From Candidatus Omnitrophota bacterium (GTDB taxonomy: Bacteria > Omnitrophota > Gorgyraeia > Zapsychrales > Zapsychraceae): DNA of 64,000 nt. Where the stretch lies: NCBI GenBank assembly GCA_035292445.1, contig DATDQB010000013.1:82132-146131 (forward strand), written 5' to 3'. Positions 50,545 through 61,157 of the stretch are shown in pieces. The position numbers and the translations under genes are program-made. Each line of letters begins with the position of its first letter. Positions within the stretch are counted from its first letter, which is position 1. Below the pieces are notes generated by a model that saw only the letters and a program-made list of their open reading frames with translations, had not been told where the DNA came from and ran no database searches.

Positions 50545-50808
50545 TTATTTTTTGGCTTTTGAGGTTTCTTCTTGTTGTTGGACTAATTCTTCAGCATGGC
50601 GTAAATACTCCTTGCTGGGTTCATAGCCTTTTTCCTCAGCCTCTTCTTTGCTAATACGCTCCACTCCTTCCACTTGAGAAAAACGGCTATTTTCCGGATG
50701 GTACTTCTTGCCGTTTTTCGTGACGTAGACCCATTCAGCAAAACACACGCTCGTAAGCATGGCCGAGGTGATAAGCCCCAAAAACAGAACTTTCAACGCT
50801 CTTTTCAT
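50545..50808 (-). CDS. Small secreted protein (87 aa), unknown function
   Basis: Signal peptide MKRALKVLFLGLITSAMLTSVCFA, then a charged Lys/Glu-rich tail. Confidence 0.4.
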   Translation of the reverse strand: MKRALKVLFLGLITSAMLTSVCFAEWVYVTKNGKKYHPENSRFSQVEGVERISKEEAEEKGYEPSKEYLRHAEELVQQQEETSKAKK

Positions 50809-50922
50809 ACGATCGCCTCCTTTCTATTCAACGCACTATTTTTGGGGAAATAACGGCTATTCGGGGGGATGATACAGTATAGACAAGGTACCACATATTT
50901 GATTTTTTGTCAAATATTTTGA

Positions 50923-51921
50923 TTATTGTGAAATAAGCGCTTTGGTCGCTTCTTTGGCAAAATAAGTGAAGATGATCCCTGCCCCGGCTCTTTTAATAGC
51001 AACCAACACCTCAAGCATGGCCGCCTTTTCATCCACCCATTTCATCTTGGCAGCCGCCTTGATCATGGCGTATTCGCCGCTGACATTGTAGGCGGCAACG
51101 GGTACATGGACTGCTTCACGGACGGCACGGATCACATCCAAATATGGCAATGCAGGTTTCACCATCACGATATCCGCCCCTTCTTCGACATCCAGCTTAG
51201 CTTCGCGGATGGCCTCCTGGATATTGGCAGGGTCCATTTGGTAAGTTTTTTTATCACCGGCTTTAGGTGCCGAATTGAGCGCATCGCGAAAAGGGCCATA
51301 AAAGGCTGAGCAATATTTTGCCGCGTAAGAAAGGATTCCCACATCTTCAAATCCATTTTGATCAAGTGCTTGACGGATAAATCCTACGCGCCCGTCCATC
51401 ATATCCGATGGAGCGACAATATCGGCCCCGGCTTTGGCCTGGGCGAGTGCCATGTCGGCCAAAATGGGAAGCGTTTCATCGTTAAGTATTTTGCCGTCTT
51501 TGACCAACCCATCGTGCCCATCGCTGGAATAAGGGTCCATCGCCACATCCGTGATGACCAACAACTCCGGCAATTTATCCTTCAACGCTTTTATAGCCTG
51601 CTGCAGCAACCCATTAGGATTTTTACTTTCGGTTGCCCTTTTGTCCTTTAATTTCTCATCAATGGCCGGGAATAACGCGACCGCAGGGATCCCTAAAGAA
51701 AACGCCTCTTTGGCCTCTTTCACAAGTTGATCAATACTAAGCCGGTAATACTCCGGCATCGAAGAAATGGCGATCCTTTTATCCTTTCCATCGACAACAA
51801 ACAACGGATAAACAAAATTATCCGGTGCAAGAACCGTTTCACGGACAAGCCGGCGCATTGATTCGCTTTTACGGTTTCTTCTGGGCCGCTGGGGTAATGT
51901 CACGTTATTTTTTGAAGCCAT
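50923..51921 (-). CDS. hemB: Porphobilinogen synthase (delta-aminolevulinate dehydratase)
   Basis: RPRRNRKSESMRRLVRE...YPLFV...VMVKPALPYLDVIRAVRE...SGEYAM. 332 aa. Confidence 0.85.
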   Translation of the reverse strand: MASKNNVTLPQRPRRNRKSESMRRLVRETVLAPDNFVYPLFVVDGKDKRIAISSMPEYYRLSIDQLVKEAKEAFSLGIPAVALFPAIDEKLKDKRATESKNPNGLLQQAIKALKDKLPELLVITDVAMDPYSSDGHDGLVKDGKILNDETLPILADMALAQAKAGADIVAPSDMMDGRVGFIRQALDQNGFEDVGILSYAAKYCSAFYGPFRDALNSAPKAGDKKTYQMDPANIQEAIREAKLDVEEGADIVMVKPALPYLDVIRAVREAVHVPVAAYNVSGEYAMIKAAAKMKWVDEKAAMLEVLVAIKRAGAGIIFTYFAKEATKALISQ

Positions 51922-52372
51922 GGCTTAATGCTTTCATCCGTTCATTAAAATCCGTGTTGAGTTTCCGGCATTCTTCGTCCAAGACACCGAAGCGCACATG
52001 AACTCCGGCTTGTTTGAGGATCTCAATGCCGCGGCCTTGATGCTGCGGATTCGGGTCAATGGTACCGACGATCACTTCCTTGATCCCGGAGGTGATGATG
52101 GCCTTGGTGCAAGGGCCTGTTTTTCCCACGCTCGAGCAAGGCTCAAGGGTGACATAAAGCCGCGCCCCTTCTTTGGGGATGCGGCCTAAATGGCTAAGGG
52201 CATTCACTTCCGCATGCGCAGCGCCCGCCTTTTCATGAAAACCTTTGGCGACGATTCCTTCGCCTTCAACGATGACGCAGCCGACGATAGGATTGGGGAA
52301 CGTTTTTCCCTCACCCTTTATCGCCTCTTCGATGGCAAGGCGCATCCATTGCGCGTCGTTTGTTTGAGGCAT
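51905..52372 (-). CDS. CMP/dCMP-type zinc deaminase; matches the RibD deaminase domain but lacks the reductase domain
   Basis: NPIVGCVIVEGEGIVAKGFH...AHAEVNAL...TLEPCSSVGKTGPC. Only 155 aa. Confidence 0.65.
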   Translation of the reverse strand: MPQTNDAQWMRLAIEEAIKGEGKTFPNPIVGCVIVEGEGIVAKGFHEKAGAAHAEVNALSHLGRIPKEGARLYVTLEPCSSVGKTGPCTKAIITSGIKEVIVGTIDPNPQHQGRGIEILKQAGVHVRFGVLDEECRKLNTDFNERMKALSHGFKK

Positions 52373-52374
52373 GG

Positions 52375-52995
52375 TTAGAAAAGTACGTCTTGGTTAGCTT
52401 CGGCGATCTTAAAGTTCGGCTTCGTCACACCGAACTCTTTAAAAATATCTTGAGGAGTGGTGAATCCCTGCTTAATAGCCAAATCCAACAAACGAGTGAT
52501 GACCGTCACCGTTAATTTGACATCCGCGAGCGCGCGGTGCGTTTCCTGGACATTAGCGCCAAAGTATTGGGCCAGATTCTGCAGCCGATACGTGCTTAAT
52601 TGAGGCAAGAGCCGTTTGGCCATCTTGATCGTATCAATGGCGGGGGTCGTGTCTTTTAATTTACGCCCTATCAAAGAAAGCTCGTAGCATAAAAAATCCA
52701 GATCGAATTTGATATTATGGCCGGCCAAAGGGGTCCCACCGATAAAATCGATCATTTTAGGAAGGAATTCCTGGGCCGTCGGAGCATCGATGAGCATGTC
52801 ATCGCTTATGTGATTGATGCGCTGCGCCTCAAGCGGGATGGACCGTTGAGGATTGATCAAAGACTCGATGGTGGCAACGACCTTCCCTTCTTTGACCTTG
52901 ATGGCAGCGATTTCGATGACCCTATCGCCCTCCAGCGGTGAGAGGCCCGTTGTTTCCACGTCAAAAACAACGCATTCGATCTGATCGACTCTCAT
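52375..52995 (-). CDS. DnaQ-like 3'-5' exonuclease (DEDDh family)
   Basis: CVVFDVETTGL (Exo I), LAGHNIKFDLDFL (Exo II), HRALADV (Exo III). The start was moved to the internal ATG at 52995, directly after the metE stop. Confidence 0.7.
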   Translation of the reverse strand: MRVDQIECVVFDVETTGLSPLEGDRVIEIAAIKVKEGKVVATIESLINPQRSIPLEAQRINHISDDMLIDAPTAQEFLPKMIDFIGGTPLAGHNIKFDLDFLCYELSLIGRKLKDTTPAIDTIKMAKRLLPQLSTYRLQNLAQYFGANVQETHRALADVKLTVTVITRLLDLAIKQGFTTPQDIFKEFGVTKPNFKIAEANQDVLF

Positions 52996-55316
52996 CTGGT
53001 TGCGCCTACTTTTTCCCTCATGGTCTTGGCGGATTCCACCATGTTCTTGAGCGATGGGATAACCTCGTCCCACTGGCGTGTCTTTAGCCCGCAGTCAGGG
53101 TTGACCCAAATATTCTCGACCGGCAAGACCTCCTCGGCCTTATCGAGCAATTCATCGATCTCTTTCTTGGTAGGGACGCGCGGTGAATGGATGTCATAAA
53201 CACCGGGGCCGATCTCGTTGGGGTATTTGAAATTGACGAAAGCATCCAGCAATTCCATTTTGGAACGCGAGGTTTCAATGGAGATAACATCCGCGTCCAT
53301 AGCTGCGATGGATTTAATGATGTCGTTGAACTCCGAGTAACACATATGGGTGTGTATTTGCGTTTCATCCTTAACGCCGCTGGAACTTAACCGGAAAGAA
53401 TCCACCGCCCATTTCAAATAATCGTTCCAGTCGGAACGCCGCAATGGTAACCCCTCTCGGATGGCTGGCTCATCGATTTGAATAGCGGCGATACCCGCCC
53501 TTTCCAGATCGACCACTTCATCGCGGATGGCTAAGGCGATCTGTTTGACGGTTGCCTCCCGCGGTTGGTCATCGCGCACAAAACTCCATTGGGAGATCGT
53601 CACAGGGCCGGTCAACATGCCCTTCATCGGTTTTTTCGTCAATGACTGGGCGAATTTCGACCAGCGCACCGTCATCGGTTGGGGCCGTGAAACATCGCCG
53701 TATATAAAAGGCGGTTTCACATATCGCGAGCCGTAGCTTTGGACCCAGCCGTTTTGCGTGAAGGCAAAACCGTCCAGTTGTTCCCCGAAATATTCCACCA
53801 TGTCATTGCGTTCAAATTCGCCATGGACGTACATATCAATGTCAATCTCATCCTGGACCTTGATGGCGTTTTTGATCTCGTCTTCCATGTATTTTTCATA
53901 CTGCTTTTGGGTGATGTCGCCTTTTTTCAGCTTGGCCCTCATGGCGCGTACCTCAACCGTCTGAGGGAACGAACCGATCGTTGTCGTCGGAAAAAGAGGC
54001 AGGTTAAGTTTTTCGTGCTGGACCCTCTTGCGCTTGACGAAAGATGATTTTCGCTGCAGGTCTTTTGTCTTAACGGCGCTCAGGCGCTTTTTGACCGCCT
54101 GATTATGGATGCGTTTGCTTTCCCGCCTGGATTGCAGGGCCTTTTTGTTCTTTTCCAAAACCGATTTGTCGGCTTTACCGGCCAGAATGTCGGCCAGATC
54201 TTTGATCTCTCTAAGTTTTTCTTCGGCAAAGCTGAGCCAGCTCTTCAATTCTTCATCCAATTCATTCTCATTCCTTAAAGTGTTCGGCGAATGGATCAAG
54301 GAACAGGAGCTCGCCACGATCAATAAAGCATTGCCCAACTTTTCCTGGGCTCTCTTTAGAAACTTCAATGACTTCTCATGATCATTCTTCCAAATGTTCC
54401 TTCCATCAACGACACCCAACGAAAGCGCCTTTCCTTTGGGGAATTTGGAGAGGACCCCTTCCAGATCGTTGCCCGCGCGCACGCAATCGATGTGGAACCC
54501 TTCGACCGGAAGGCTTAAGAACGTTTCCAGATTATCTCTTAGATCCCCGAAATACGTCGTGATGATGACCTTTAAGGACGGAACGCTTTCTTTGATCTTC
54601 GCGTAAGATTTCTTTAAAGCCTGCTTTTGTTCGTCGGTCAGATCCAACGCAAAAATAGGCTCATCGATCTGCGCCCATTCAGCGCCCAAGGAAGCCAGCT
54701 TTTTAAGGACCTCGATATAAACGGGAAGGACCTTATCCAATAACGTAAAGCGGTTAAAATCAGGATTCTTTTCATCATGCACCTTACCGAGGGTCAGGTA
54801 TGTCACCGGCCCGATGAGAATCGGCCGCGTCTTAATGCCCGACTCCAGCGCTTCTTTGAATTCATCAAAAACCTTTGCGGCCGAAAGTTTGAATTTCGTC
54901 TGGGAAGTGAACTCGGGGACAATGTAATGGTAGTTGGTGTCGAACCATTTGGTCATCTCGCAGGCGGTCGCGTCAACCTTATCCGCCCCGCTTTCGCGCG
55001 GGCCGCGAGCCATCAAAAATAAAGTCTCAAGGTTAATATCGGCGCCGTCCCATTTGAACCGTGCGGGGACATTGCCCAGTAAACAGCTCATGTCCAATAC
55101 TTGATCGTAGAGGCTGAAATCATTTGATGGGATGATATCAATGCCGAGGCTTTTTTGTAAATTCCAATTCTTCTTGCGTATGTCCCGGCCCGTTGCCAGA
55201 AGGTCGTTCTTGGAGATCTCGCCTTTCCAAAAACTCTCCGTGGCTTTTTTAAGCTCTCTTTTTTCGCCTATGCGCGGGTATCCTAAAACGGCTGTCTTTA
55301 TCGTGTTGGTTGCCAT
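52992..55316 (-). CDS. metE: Cobalamin-independent methionine synthase
   Basis: LGYPRIGEKRELKKATESFW at the N-terminus, then UroD-like N- and C-terminal halves with TTIGSFPQT and HTHMCYSEFN. The start is likely MATNTIKT (55316), which has a GGGAGA SD; an upstream ATG at 55343 is also possible. Confidence 0.85.
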   Translation of the reverse strand: MATNTIKTAVLGYPRIGEKRELKKATESFWKGEISKNDLLATGRDIRKKNWNLQKSLGIDIIPSNDFSLYDQVLDMSCLLGNVPARFKWDGADINLETLFLMARGPRESGADKVDATACEMTKWFDTNYHYIVPEFTSQTKFKLSAAKVFDEFKEALESGIKTRPILIGPVTYLTLGKVHDEKNPDFNRFTLLDKVLPVYIEVLKKLASLGAEWAQIDEPIFALDLTDEQKQALKKSYAKIKESVPSLKVIITTYFGDLRDNLETFLSLPVEGFHIDCVRAGNDLEGVLSKFPKGKALSLGVVDGRNIWKNDHEKSLKFLKRAQEKLGNALLIVASSCSLIHSPNTLRNENELDEELKSWLSFAEEKLREIKDLADILAGKADKSVLEKNKKALQSRRESKRIHNQAVKKRLSAVKTKDLQRKSSFVKRKRVQHEKLNLPLFPTTTIGSFPQTVEVRAMRAKLKKGDITQKQYEKYMEDEIKNAIKVQDEIDIDMYVHGEFERNDMVEYFGEQLDGFAFTQNGWVQSYGSRYVKPPFIYGDVSRPQPMTVRWSKFAQSLTKKPMKGMLTGPVTISQWSFVRDDQPREATVKQIALAIRDEVVDLERAGIAAIQIDEPAIREGLPLRRSDWNDYLKWAVDSFRLSSSGVKDETQIHTHMCYSEFNDIIKSIAAMDADVISIETSRSKMELLDAFVNFKYPNEIGPGVYDIHSPRVPTKKEIDELLDKAEEVLPVENIWVNPDCGLKTRQWDEVIPSLKNMVESAKTMREKVGATR

Positions 55317-55469
55317 CTTGTTTCTCCCGTTCATTTTCTTCATTTTCTCTCAAGGAGAAAATGAACGAGGCTCGCCCGCCTTAGGCGGGCGGCCTTACAC
55401 TATTATTAAAATTTATTATAAAAGTCTATCAGGTTATATCAATAAATCAAGTCCCTTTTCTATAGGAAA

Positions 55470-56930
55470 TTATCCTTTTTTGACCTGCCAGCTTGACCCA
55501 CCTAACGCATCCTGGATCTCGATCCCCAGCTCGGCCAATTCTTGACGCAGCTGATCGGCTTTGGAAAAATCTTTCCCGGCACGGGCCTGGTTGCGCTCAT
55601 TGAATTTTTTCTCGATCTCCTTCACATCAAGCCCCTTTTGCTTGAGCAACATGCCATCCAGTTTCCTTAAAAATTCCTGAAATGATTCTTGAAACAATGA
55701 CATCATGGCCCCATAGGGAAGGATCCAGTCCTTAAAGGCTTTTGCGACGGCTTTCATGGACGGGTTTGGTTTGGGGTTCTTCAGCAAAAGTGCATTAAAA
55801 GCGCGCACCACATCGAATATCTTGGCGAAAACGGCCGGCGTGTTAAAATCATCATCCATCGCCTCTTCCAGTTGTTGAGTTGATTCCTTAAGAGCTTTGA
55901 CGAACGAGCTGTCGAGGCTCCCCTCTTTGACATCCGCTCCGATCAAGCTTTCAGCGGCAGCTAACGCCGAATAGATCCTTGCCAACGCAGCGACAGCCTG
56001 CTGGATCTGCGCATCCGCCAGGCTCAAGGGTGAGCGATAATGGACACTCAACATCATATACTTGAAAATCTCAGCGTTATATTTATTCAAAAATTCGCGC
56101 GCCGTCACGACGTTACCCAACGACTTGGACATCTTGGTATCACCGAAATTAACAAAGTTATTATGCATCCAATAGCGTACAAACGGCTTATCCGTTGCCC
56201 CTTCGCTTTGGGCAACCTCATTTTCATGATGAGGGAAAATAAGATCGATCCCGCCGCCATGAATATCGATCGTGTCGCCTAAAAGCGTTTTGGCCATAAC
56301 GGAACATTCGATGTGCCATCCCGGACGGCCGCGCCCCCAAGGTGAATCCCACGAAGGCTCATTCTCTTTGGAAGGCTTCCATAACACGAAATCCAATGGA
56401 TTCTTCTTGCGCGGGTCCACTTCGACGCGCTGACCGATCTGCAGTTCATCCAGATTTTTATGGCTTAACTTGCCGTATTCTTTAAAACTGTCCACCGAAT
56501 AGAAAACCTCCCCGCCTATCACATACGCTTTCTTCTTATCAATTAACGTCTTGATAACCTCGATCATTTGCTGGATATAGTCGGTCGCCCGGGGGTTGTG
56601 ATCATGCGCTCTCAGCTTTAACGCCTTAAAGTCCCTCTCATATTCCCTGATATACATCGCACTGATTTCCTGGGCGCTTTTGCCTTCCTGATTGGCGCGG
56701 TTGATGATCTTATCATCAATATCGGTATAGTTATAAGCGAAATTGGCCTTGTAGCCACCGTGCTCCAGCCAGTTGCGCACCAGATTGAAGAAAACGGCCC
56801 CGCGGAAATTGCCGACATGAAGGACGTCATAAACGGTGGGCCCGCAGACGTACATCGTCACTTTGCCCGCCTTCAAAGGTTTAAATTCCTCTTCTTTGCG
56901 TTTTAAGGTATTGTAGATCTTAAGGGCCAT
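55470..56930 (-). CDS. cysS: Cysteinyl-tRNA synthetase
   Basis: MYVCGPTVYDVLHVGNFRG (HIGH region), KMSKSLGN, and the Zn-binding CxxC...H context. Confidence 0.85.
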   Translation of the reverse strand: MALKIYNTLKRKEEEFKPLKAGKVTMYVCGPTVYDVLHVGNFRGAVFFNLVRNWLEHGGYKANFAYNYTDIDDKIINRANQEGKSAQEISAMYIREYERDFKALKLRAHDHNPRATDYIQQMIEVIKTLIDKKKAYVIGGEVFYSVDSFKEYGKLSHKNLDELQIGQRVEVDPRKKNPLDFVLWKPSKENEPSWDSPWGRGRPGWHIECSVMAKTLLGDTIDIHGGGIDLIFPHHENEVAQSEGATDKPFVRYWMHNNFVNFGDTKMSKSLGNVVTAREFLNKYNAEIFKYMMLSVHYRSPLSLADAQIQQAVAALARIYSALAAAESLIGADVKEGSLDSSFVKALKESTQQLEEAMDDDFNTPAVFAKIFDVVRAFNALLLKNPKPNPSMKAVAKAFKDWILPYGAMMSLFQESFQEFLRKLDGMLLKQKGLDVKEIEKKFNERNQARAGKDFSKADQLRQELAELGIEIQDALGGSSWQVKKG

Positions 56931-57771
56931 TTTTTACTTTCGCTTGATTCTTCGTTGTTATAAAAAATCCTATGCCGAAAACGATCATCACAAGGCACAA
57001 CAATTGCCCCAGGCTCAAAGCTTGGATGACAAAACCGATATGCTCATCCGGCTGGCGGAAGAATTCGATGGCAAACCGTACGATGCCGTAACCCATGATG
57101 TAAATGCTGAACATCGCCCCATCGAACAGCTTTTTCTTACGAAGCGGCCAGAGGATCAAGAACAGAACAATGCCTTCGAAAAAAGCTTCATAAAGCTGCG
57201 AGGGGTGCCTTAATTCATAGCTGGGGGCGTACGGAAAATACATGCCCCACCACTTCTGGGTCAGCCGCCCGTACAATTCGCCGTTCAAGAAATTACCGAG
57301 CCGCCCGAAGGTGTATCCCAACGGGAACGCCGGAACTATAAATTCGATCAACTTCATACCGTTCAACCCGTGGCGACGGCAAAAAAGCATTGTCGCGGCA
57401 ACGCCGCCGATCAACCCGCCGTGATACGACATGCCGCTGATGCCGAAATAAGCCTGGCCATCGATCGTCTGAACCGGCCAGAAGACCTCCAAAGGATGAA
57501 TCATGAAATAAGCGGCATTATAAAAGAACGCGTAGCCTAAACGCGCGCCCAGCAAGACGCCGATGATCGCCCACGTCGTGTAATCATCAATGATCTTCTT
57601 TGTGAACGGCCCTTCCTGATTTTTGAGGCGATAAAGAATGAGCGCGTAGACGGCCAGGAAGGAAAATAAATACATGAGCCCGTAATAACGGATCTGCACG
57701 ACCCCCAACTGTAAAAAAACCGGATCGATATCTTCCGGTAAATGCTGCCACCAATTAATGAATTGTTCCAT
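56920..57771 (-). CDS. lgt: Prolipoprotein diacylglyceryl transferase
   Basis: YGLMYLFSFLAVYALI...HGGLIGG...GRLGNFLNGELYGR. Confidence 0.85.
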   Translation of the reverse strand: MEQFINWWQHLPEDIDPVFLQLGVVQIRYYGLMYLFSFLAVYALILYRLKNQEGPFTKKIIDDYTTWAIIGVLLGARLGYAFFYNAAYFMIHPLEVFWPVQTIDGQAYFGISGMSYHGGLIGGVAATMLFCRRHGLNGMKLIEFIVPAFPLGYTFGRLGNFLNGELYGRLTQKWWGMYFPYAPSYELRHPSQLYEAFFEGIVLFLILWPLRKKKLFDGAMFSIYIMGYGIVRFAIEFFRQPDEHIGFVIQALSLGQLLCLVMIVFGIGFFITTKNQAKVKNGP

Positions 57772-57780
57772 ATGAATTGA

Positions 57781-58014
57781 TTATTTCTTTTGTTCCGGAA
57801 CAGGGTCAAATCCGTAACTGCCCCACGGGTGGCACCGGCCGATCCTTTTAACAGACATCCAACCGCCATTGATGATGCCGTGAGCGTCAATGGCTTCTTT
57901 CGCGTATTGAGAGCATGATGGGATATGCCGGCAGTTCATGGGGAATAAAGGGGAAATCAACCTTTGATAGATCCCGATAATACAAAAAATAAAAGATTTA
58001 AGAACTTTTCTCAT
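57781..58014 (-). CDS. yidD: Membrane protein insertion efficiency factor YidD
   Basis: YQRLISPLFPMNCRHIPSCSQYAKEAIDAHGIINGGWMSVKRIGRCHPW. Confidence 0.8.
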   Translation of the reverse strand: MRKVLKSFIFCIIGIYQRLISPLFPMNCRHIPSCSQYAKEAIDAHGIINGGWMSVKRIGRCHPWGSYGFDPVPEQKK

Positions 58015-58261
58015 TTAGCAAGATCAATTCATCGATTAATAAAATCGGGATGTTGTCCCGGATAGGATAAAGGCAGCTGCGGTCGCCTTTGCGGAACAAT
58101 CCTCCATCGATATTCTTGGAAACGCGCTCCTTGGCCCTGTTGAGCAACTTTCCTTGCCGGATCAGATCGTTCACCTGAGCGACCGTTTGCTTATCGGCCA
58201 ACTCCAAATCCTTTTTTGTCTCGGGACAAGCAAGAATGCTTAATAACGTTTTATCGATCAT
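57998..58261 (-). CDS. Trm112-like small protein (UPF0434/YcaR family)
   Basis: LLSILACPETKKDL...ELILLNE. 87 aa. Confidence 0.6.
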   Translation of the reverse strand: MIDKTLLSILACPETKKDLELADKQTVAQVNDLIRQGKLLNRAKERVSKNIDGGLFRKGDRSCLYPIRDNIPILLIDELILLNEKSS

Positions 58262-58270
58262 ATCAAGCTC

Positions 58271-58621
58271 CTAGGGTTCCAATGGGATCAATTTTACGCC
58301 TGTTTCCGGGTCATATTCCAGATCGCCGCTATAACGCTTTCCTGTTGCCGGCGAATATTTGATGTTGATGTTTTTCCCTTCCAGCGACTCGCTGATGGCT
58401 TCAACGGCCGTCTGCGCTTCCTCATCCGATTGAAGCTTCTTGGCGACCTCTCTCATCTTTTCCTCATCCATATCCTGCTGGGAAATGGACCCGGCCACCG
58501 CCCCCAACGCGCTTACCGCTTCCTGGGGCGTTTCTTTTTCCGATATTTTTATTGAAGCGCATCCAGCCAGTAACGCCAACACTAATATTACACCGCTAAA
58601 GTTTTGTCGGGTTAGGCGCAT
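58271..58621 (-). CDS. Lipoprotein, unknown function
   Basis: Lipobox [11 protein letters not shown] after the [12 protein letters not shown] signal. The start was moved to the internal Met. Confidence 0.5.
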   Translation of the reverse strand: MRLTRQNFSGVILVLALLAGCASIKISEKETPQEAVSALGAVAGSISQQDMDEEKMREVAKKLQSDEEAQTAVEAISESLEGKNINIKYSPATGKRYSGDLEYDPETGVKLIPLEP

Positions 58622-59069
58622 CGCCGTAGACTTTCTTCGGATCGAAAACTTTCTCGGTCTCTTCAAACTTTAATTTGACGGCTCCCTTATCTTTCTTGAC
58701 GCTGCGATAAAAACAAGAACGGTAACCCACATGGCAACTGGCGCCGCCTTGAACGTCCACTCTTAACCAGACACAATCCTGGTCGTCGTCAATCCTTAAT
58801 TCCTTGACCTTCTGCACCAAACCGCTGGTCGCCCCCTTGTGCCAGAGGGTCTTGCGGCTGCGGCTGTAATAGACCGCTTCATTCAATTCAATGGTTTTCG
58901 CTAAAGCCTCCGCGTTCATATACGCGTGCATGAGAAGCTCGCCCGACTTATAATCCGTCGTGACGACCGGGATCAATCCGTCTTTATCGAACTTGGGGGC
59001 AAGCTCATTGCCCTCTTCGACCTGCTCCACCGTTTTTCGCTGCGCAAAAATATCTTCAGGTTTCGTCAT
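58596..59069 (-). CDS. hisI: Phosphoribosyl-AMP cyclohydrolase
   Basis: [26 protein letters not shown]...[17 protein letters not shown]...[24 protein letters not shown]. Confidence 0.8.
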   Translation of the reverse strand: MTKPEDIFAQRKTVEQVEEGNELAPKFDKDGLIPVVTTDYKSGELLMHAYMNAEALAKTIELNEAVYYSRSRKTLWHKGATSGLVQKVKELRIDDDQDCVWLRVDVQGGASCHVGYRSCFYRSVKKDKGAVKLKFEETEKVFDPKKVYGDAPNPTKL

Positions 59070-59082
59070 GACAATCTCCCAT

Positions 59083-59634
59083 CTATTTTTTTCTGGCTTC
59101 TACCGCCGTCTTTTCCTCTTCAAAATCTTTGTAAAGCAAGCTCGGTTGTACGCCTTTGTTATTCTGATACTTGCTGCTTTTATATTCGACATAATCGCCT
59201 TCGATCGTGTGATAAAAGATCTGGCAGATCTCAACGCCCGGATAGATCCGGATAGGTTTGACGCAGAACATCTCAAGCGTCCAATAACCGCAAAACCCGA
59301 CGTCCCCGAATCCGGCGGTCACGTGCACGAACAAGCCCAACCGTCCGATCGAGGAACGGCCTTCCAGCATGGGAACGGTCGTATGCGTGCGCGTGTATTC
59401 CACGGTGCGGCCAAGGTACAATTTACCGGTCTCAAGCAATAACCCCTCATCGGGGATGGTGATCATATGCGCCCTGTTGGGCTTTTTCATATCCAGCACG
59501 TCCTCATCGTAAATAAGGACCTCGTTATGCAAACGCAAGTTATAACTGTTGGTATTAAGCTGTTTTTCATTAAAGGGATCAATATATATTTCTTTGTTAA
59601 GCCTTTTTTTGATTTCCATTCCAGAGAGGATCAT
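59083..59634 (-). CDS. dcd: dCTP deaminase
   Basis: [12 protein letters not shown]...NTNSYNLRL...[14 protein letters not shown]. 183 aa. Confidence 0.75.
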   Translation of the reverse strand: MILSGMEIKKRLNKEIYIDPFNEKQLNTNSYNLRLHNEVLIYDEDVLDMKKPNRAHMITIPDEGLLLETGKLYLGRTVEYTRTHTTVPMLEGRSSIGRLGLFVHVTAGFGDVGFCGYWTLEMFCVKPIRIYPGVEICQIFYHTIEGDYVEYKSSKYQNNKGVQPSLLYKDFEEEKTAVEARKK

Positions 59635-59649
59635 GCGTTTAATCCTTTG

Positions 59650-60165
59650 TTAACGAGTTAATTCCCAGGCCAAATGCTGCAATTCCGGCTCGATCAATTT
59701 CTTCCAGGCCAGCTCGACCGCTTGCGGCGAGCCCGGGATTAAGATGACCACTTTATCTTTATAAATACCCGCGGCCGCGCGCGAAAGCATCGCCGCCGCC
59801 CCGACCTGTTCGAAGCTCAACATCCGAAAGATCTCGCCGAAGCCGGGAAGGACTTTCTCAAACCTTTTATGAAGAACATCAAAAGTGCGGTCACGCCGGC
59901 TGATACCCGTCCCGCCGTTAAAAATAATGATCCTTGCCGGCGTCTTGGCAAATTCCTCAAGAACACCTTCGACTTGGGAAGCTTCATCCTTGACGATACG
60001 GTAGGCCACCACTTCATGGCGGGCTTTTTGGATCTGGCGCTTGAGGTATTGCCCGTTTTCATCCGTCTCTTCGCGGCGGGAATCGCTCACCGTCACCAGC
60101 GCGATGGGGATCGTGCCCAGCTGAAGCGCTTTCTTTCTGTGTTCTTCGGAGGAGATTTTAACCAT
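59650..60165 (-). CDS. Molybdenum cofactor biosynthesis protein (MoaB/MogA family)
   Basis: [18 protein letters not shown]...[15 protein letters not shown]. Confidence 0.75.
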   Translation of the reverse strand: MVKISSEEHRKKALQLGTIPIALVTVSDSRREETDENGQYLKRQIQKARHEVVAYRIVKDEASQVEGVLEEFAKTPARIIIFNGGTGISRRDRTFDVLHKRFEKVLPGFGEIFRMLSFEQVGAAAMLSRAAAGIYKDKVVILIPGSPQAVELAWKKLIEPELQHLAWELTR

Positions 60166-60179
60166 GAAGACTTATTTAG

Positions 60180-61121
60180 TTATGATAGTCCGCCGGGAAT
60201 GCCTTTACGGATGACCGCAACCGCATTATGGCTGTGCAGGGACTCCCAATGCTCTACCGAAACCACCCAATCCAAAACGCGTTTATCGGCGTTTAAAACC
60301 CTGCTCAAGCGCCGGGTGGCGTGCTCGACGAACATGGGGTTTTGGGCGTTCAAGACCGCAAAGGCCTGCTCATCGACGCGTTTGGCAAAACTTTGCGTCT
60401 CGGTAGGGATCGCTTTTCGGATCAACTCCACCAGATCTTCAACAAAAAATTCCGTGCCGAAGGGAATTTCGACCGTGACCTTCGCTTGCGAACGCTGGCT
60501 GTGCGGTACCGCCATGCCGTTACCTTCACTCGTTAAATTAAGCGCATGTTCCGTTTCATATTGTTTGGACATGCTTAAACTGCATGGGCAGGTGGACGAA
60601 TATTCGTAGTGAGTCGTCAAAAACATGCGGATCTTTCCCTGGCTGTCTTTACGCCCTTCCATTTCGCAGACATAATATTGCCAGCCCTCTTTTGGGCTTT
60701 TAAGAGCCGGTTGCTTAAGGGCATAATTGAACTTAAATTTCAAATAAGCGGCCTTAAAAAGGGATTCATCGTCATTGTCGCGCATATCCCGGCGATAACG
60801 GGTCAGTATCTTCTTAAACAACTGATGACTGACAAACGATTGGTCCGCTTCTTCCTGCAGGATCTCATAAAGGCGGCTCATGTTGATGCCGGCTTTCCCT
60901 TTCGGGAAATGGATATACATGCTGGCGATGCCGTCATGGTTCATGACAGTGCCGTCTTTGTGGCGGAATTTAAGCGGGATGCGGAAACGGTTGATGCCGA
61001 CTTTATCGATATCAAAGCCATAGATATCCGGCATCTTGTGAAAGTCGCTTAATCCACTTCCATCTTTTTCCACTTCTTCTACATCAAACATTCGATCTTC
61101 TGGTGTCATAATGGGCCCCAT
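60180..61121 (-). CDS. folE2: GTP cyclohydrolase I type 2 (FolE2/MptA family)
   Basis: KGKAGINMSRLYEIL and CPCSLSMS...GMAVPHSQRSQAKVTVEIP fit the FolE2 family pattern. Confidence 0.6.
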   Translation of the reverse strand: MGPIMTPEDRMFDVEEVEKDGSGLSDFHKMPDIYGFDIDKVGINRFRIPLKFRHKDGTVMNHDGIASMYIHFPKGKAGINMSRLYEILQEEADQSFVSHQLFKKILTRYRRDMRDNDDESLFKAAYLKFKFNYALKQPALKSPKEGWQYYVCEMEGRKDSQGKIRMFLTTHYEYSSTCPCSLSMSKQYETEHALNLTSEGNGMAVPHSQRSQAKVTVEIPFGTEFFVEDLVELIRKAIPTETQSFAKRVDEQAFAVLNAQNPMFVEHATRRLSRVLNADKRVLDWVVSVEHWESLHSHNAVAVIRKGIPGGLS

Positions 61122-61157
61122 TCGACCTCCCTAAAGACGGCCCGTAAACACGACGCG

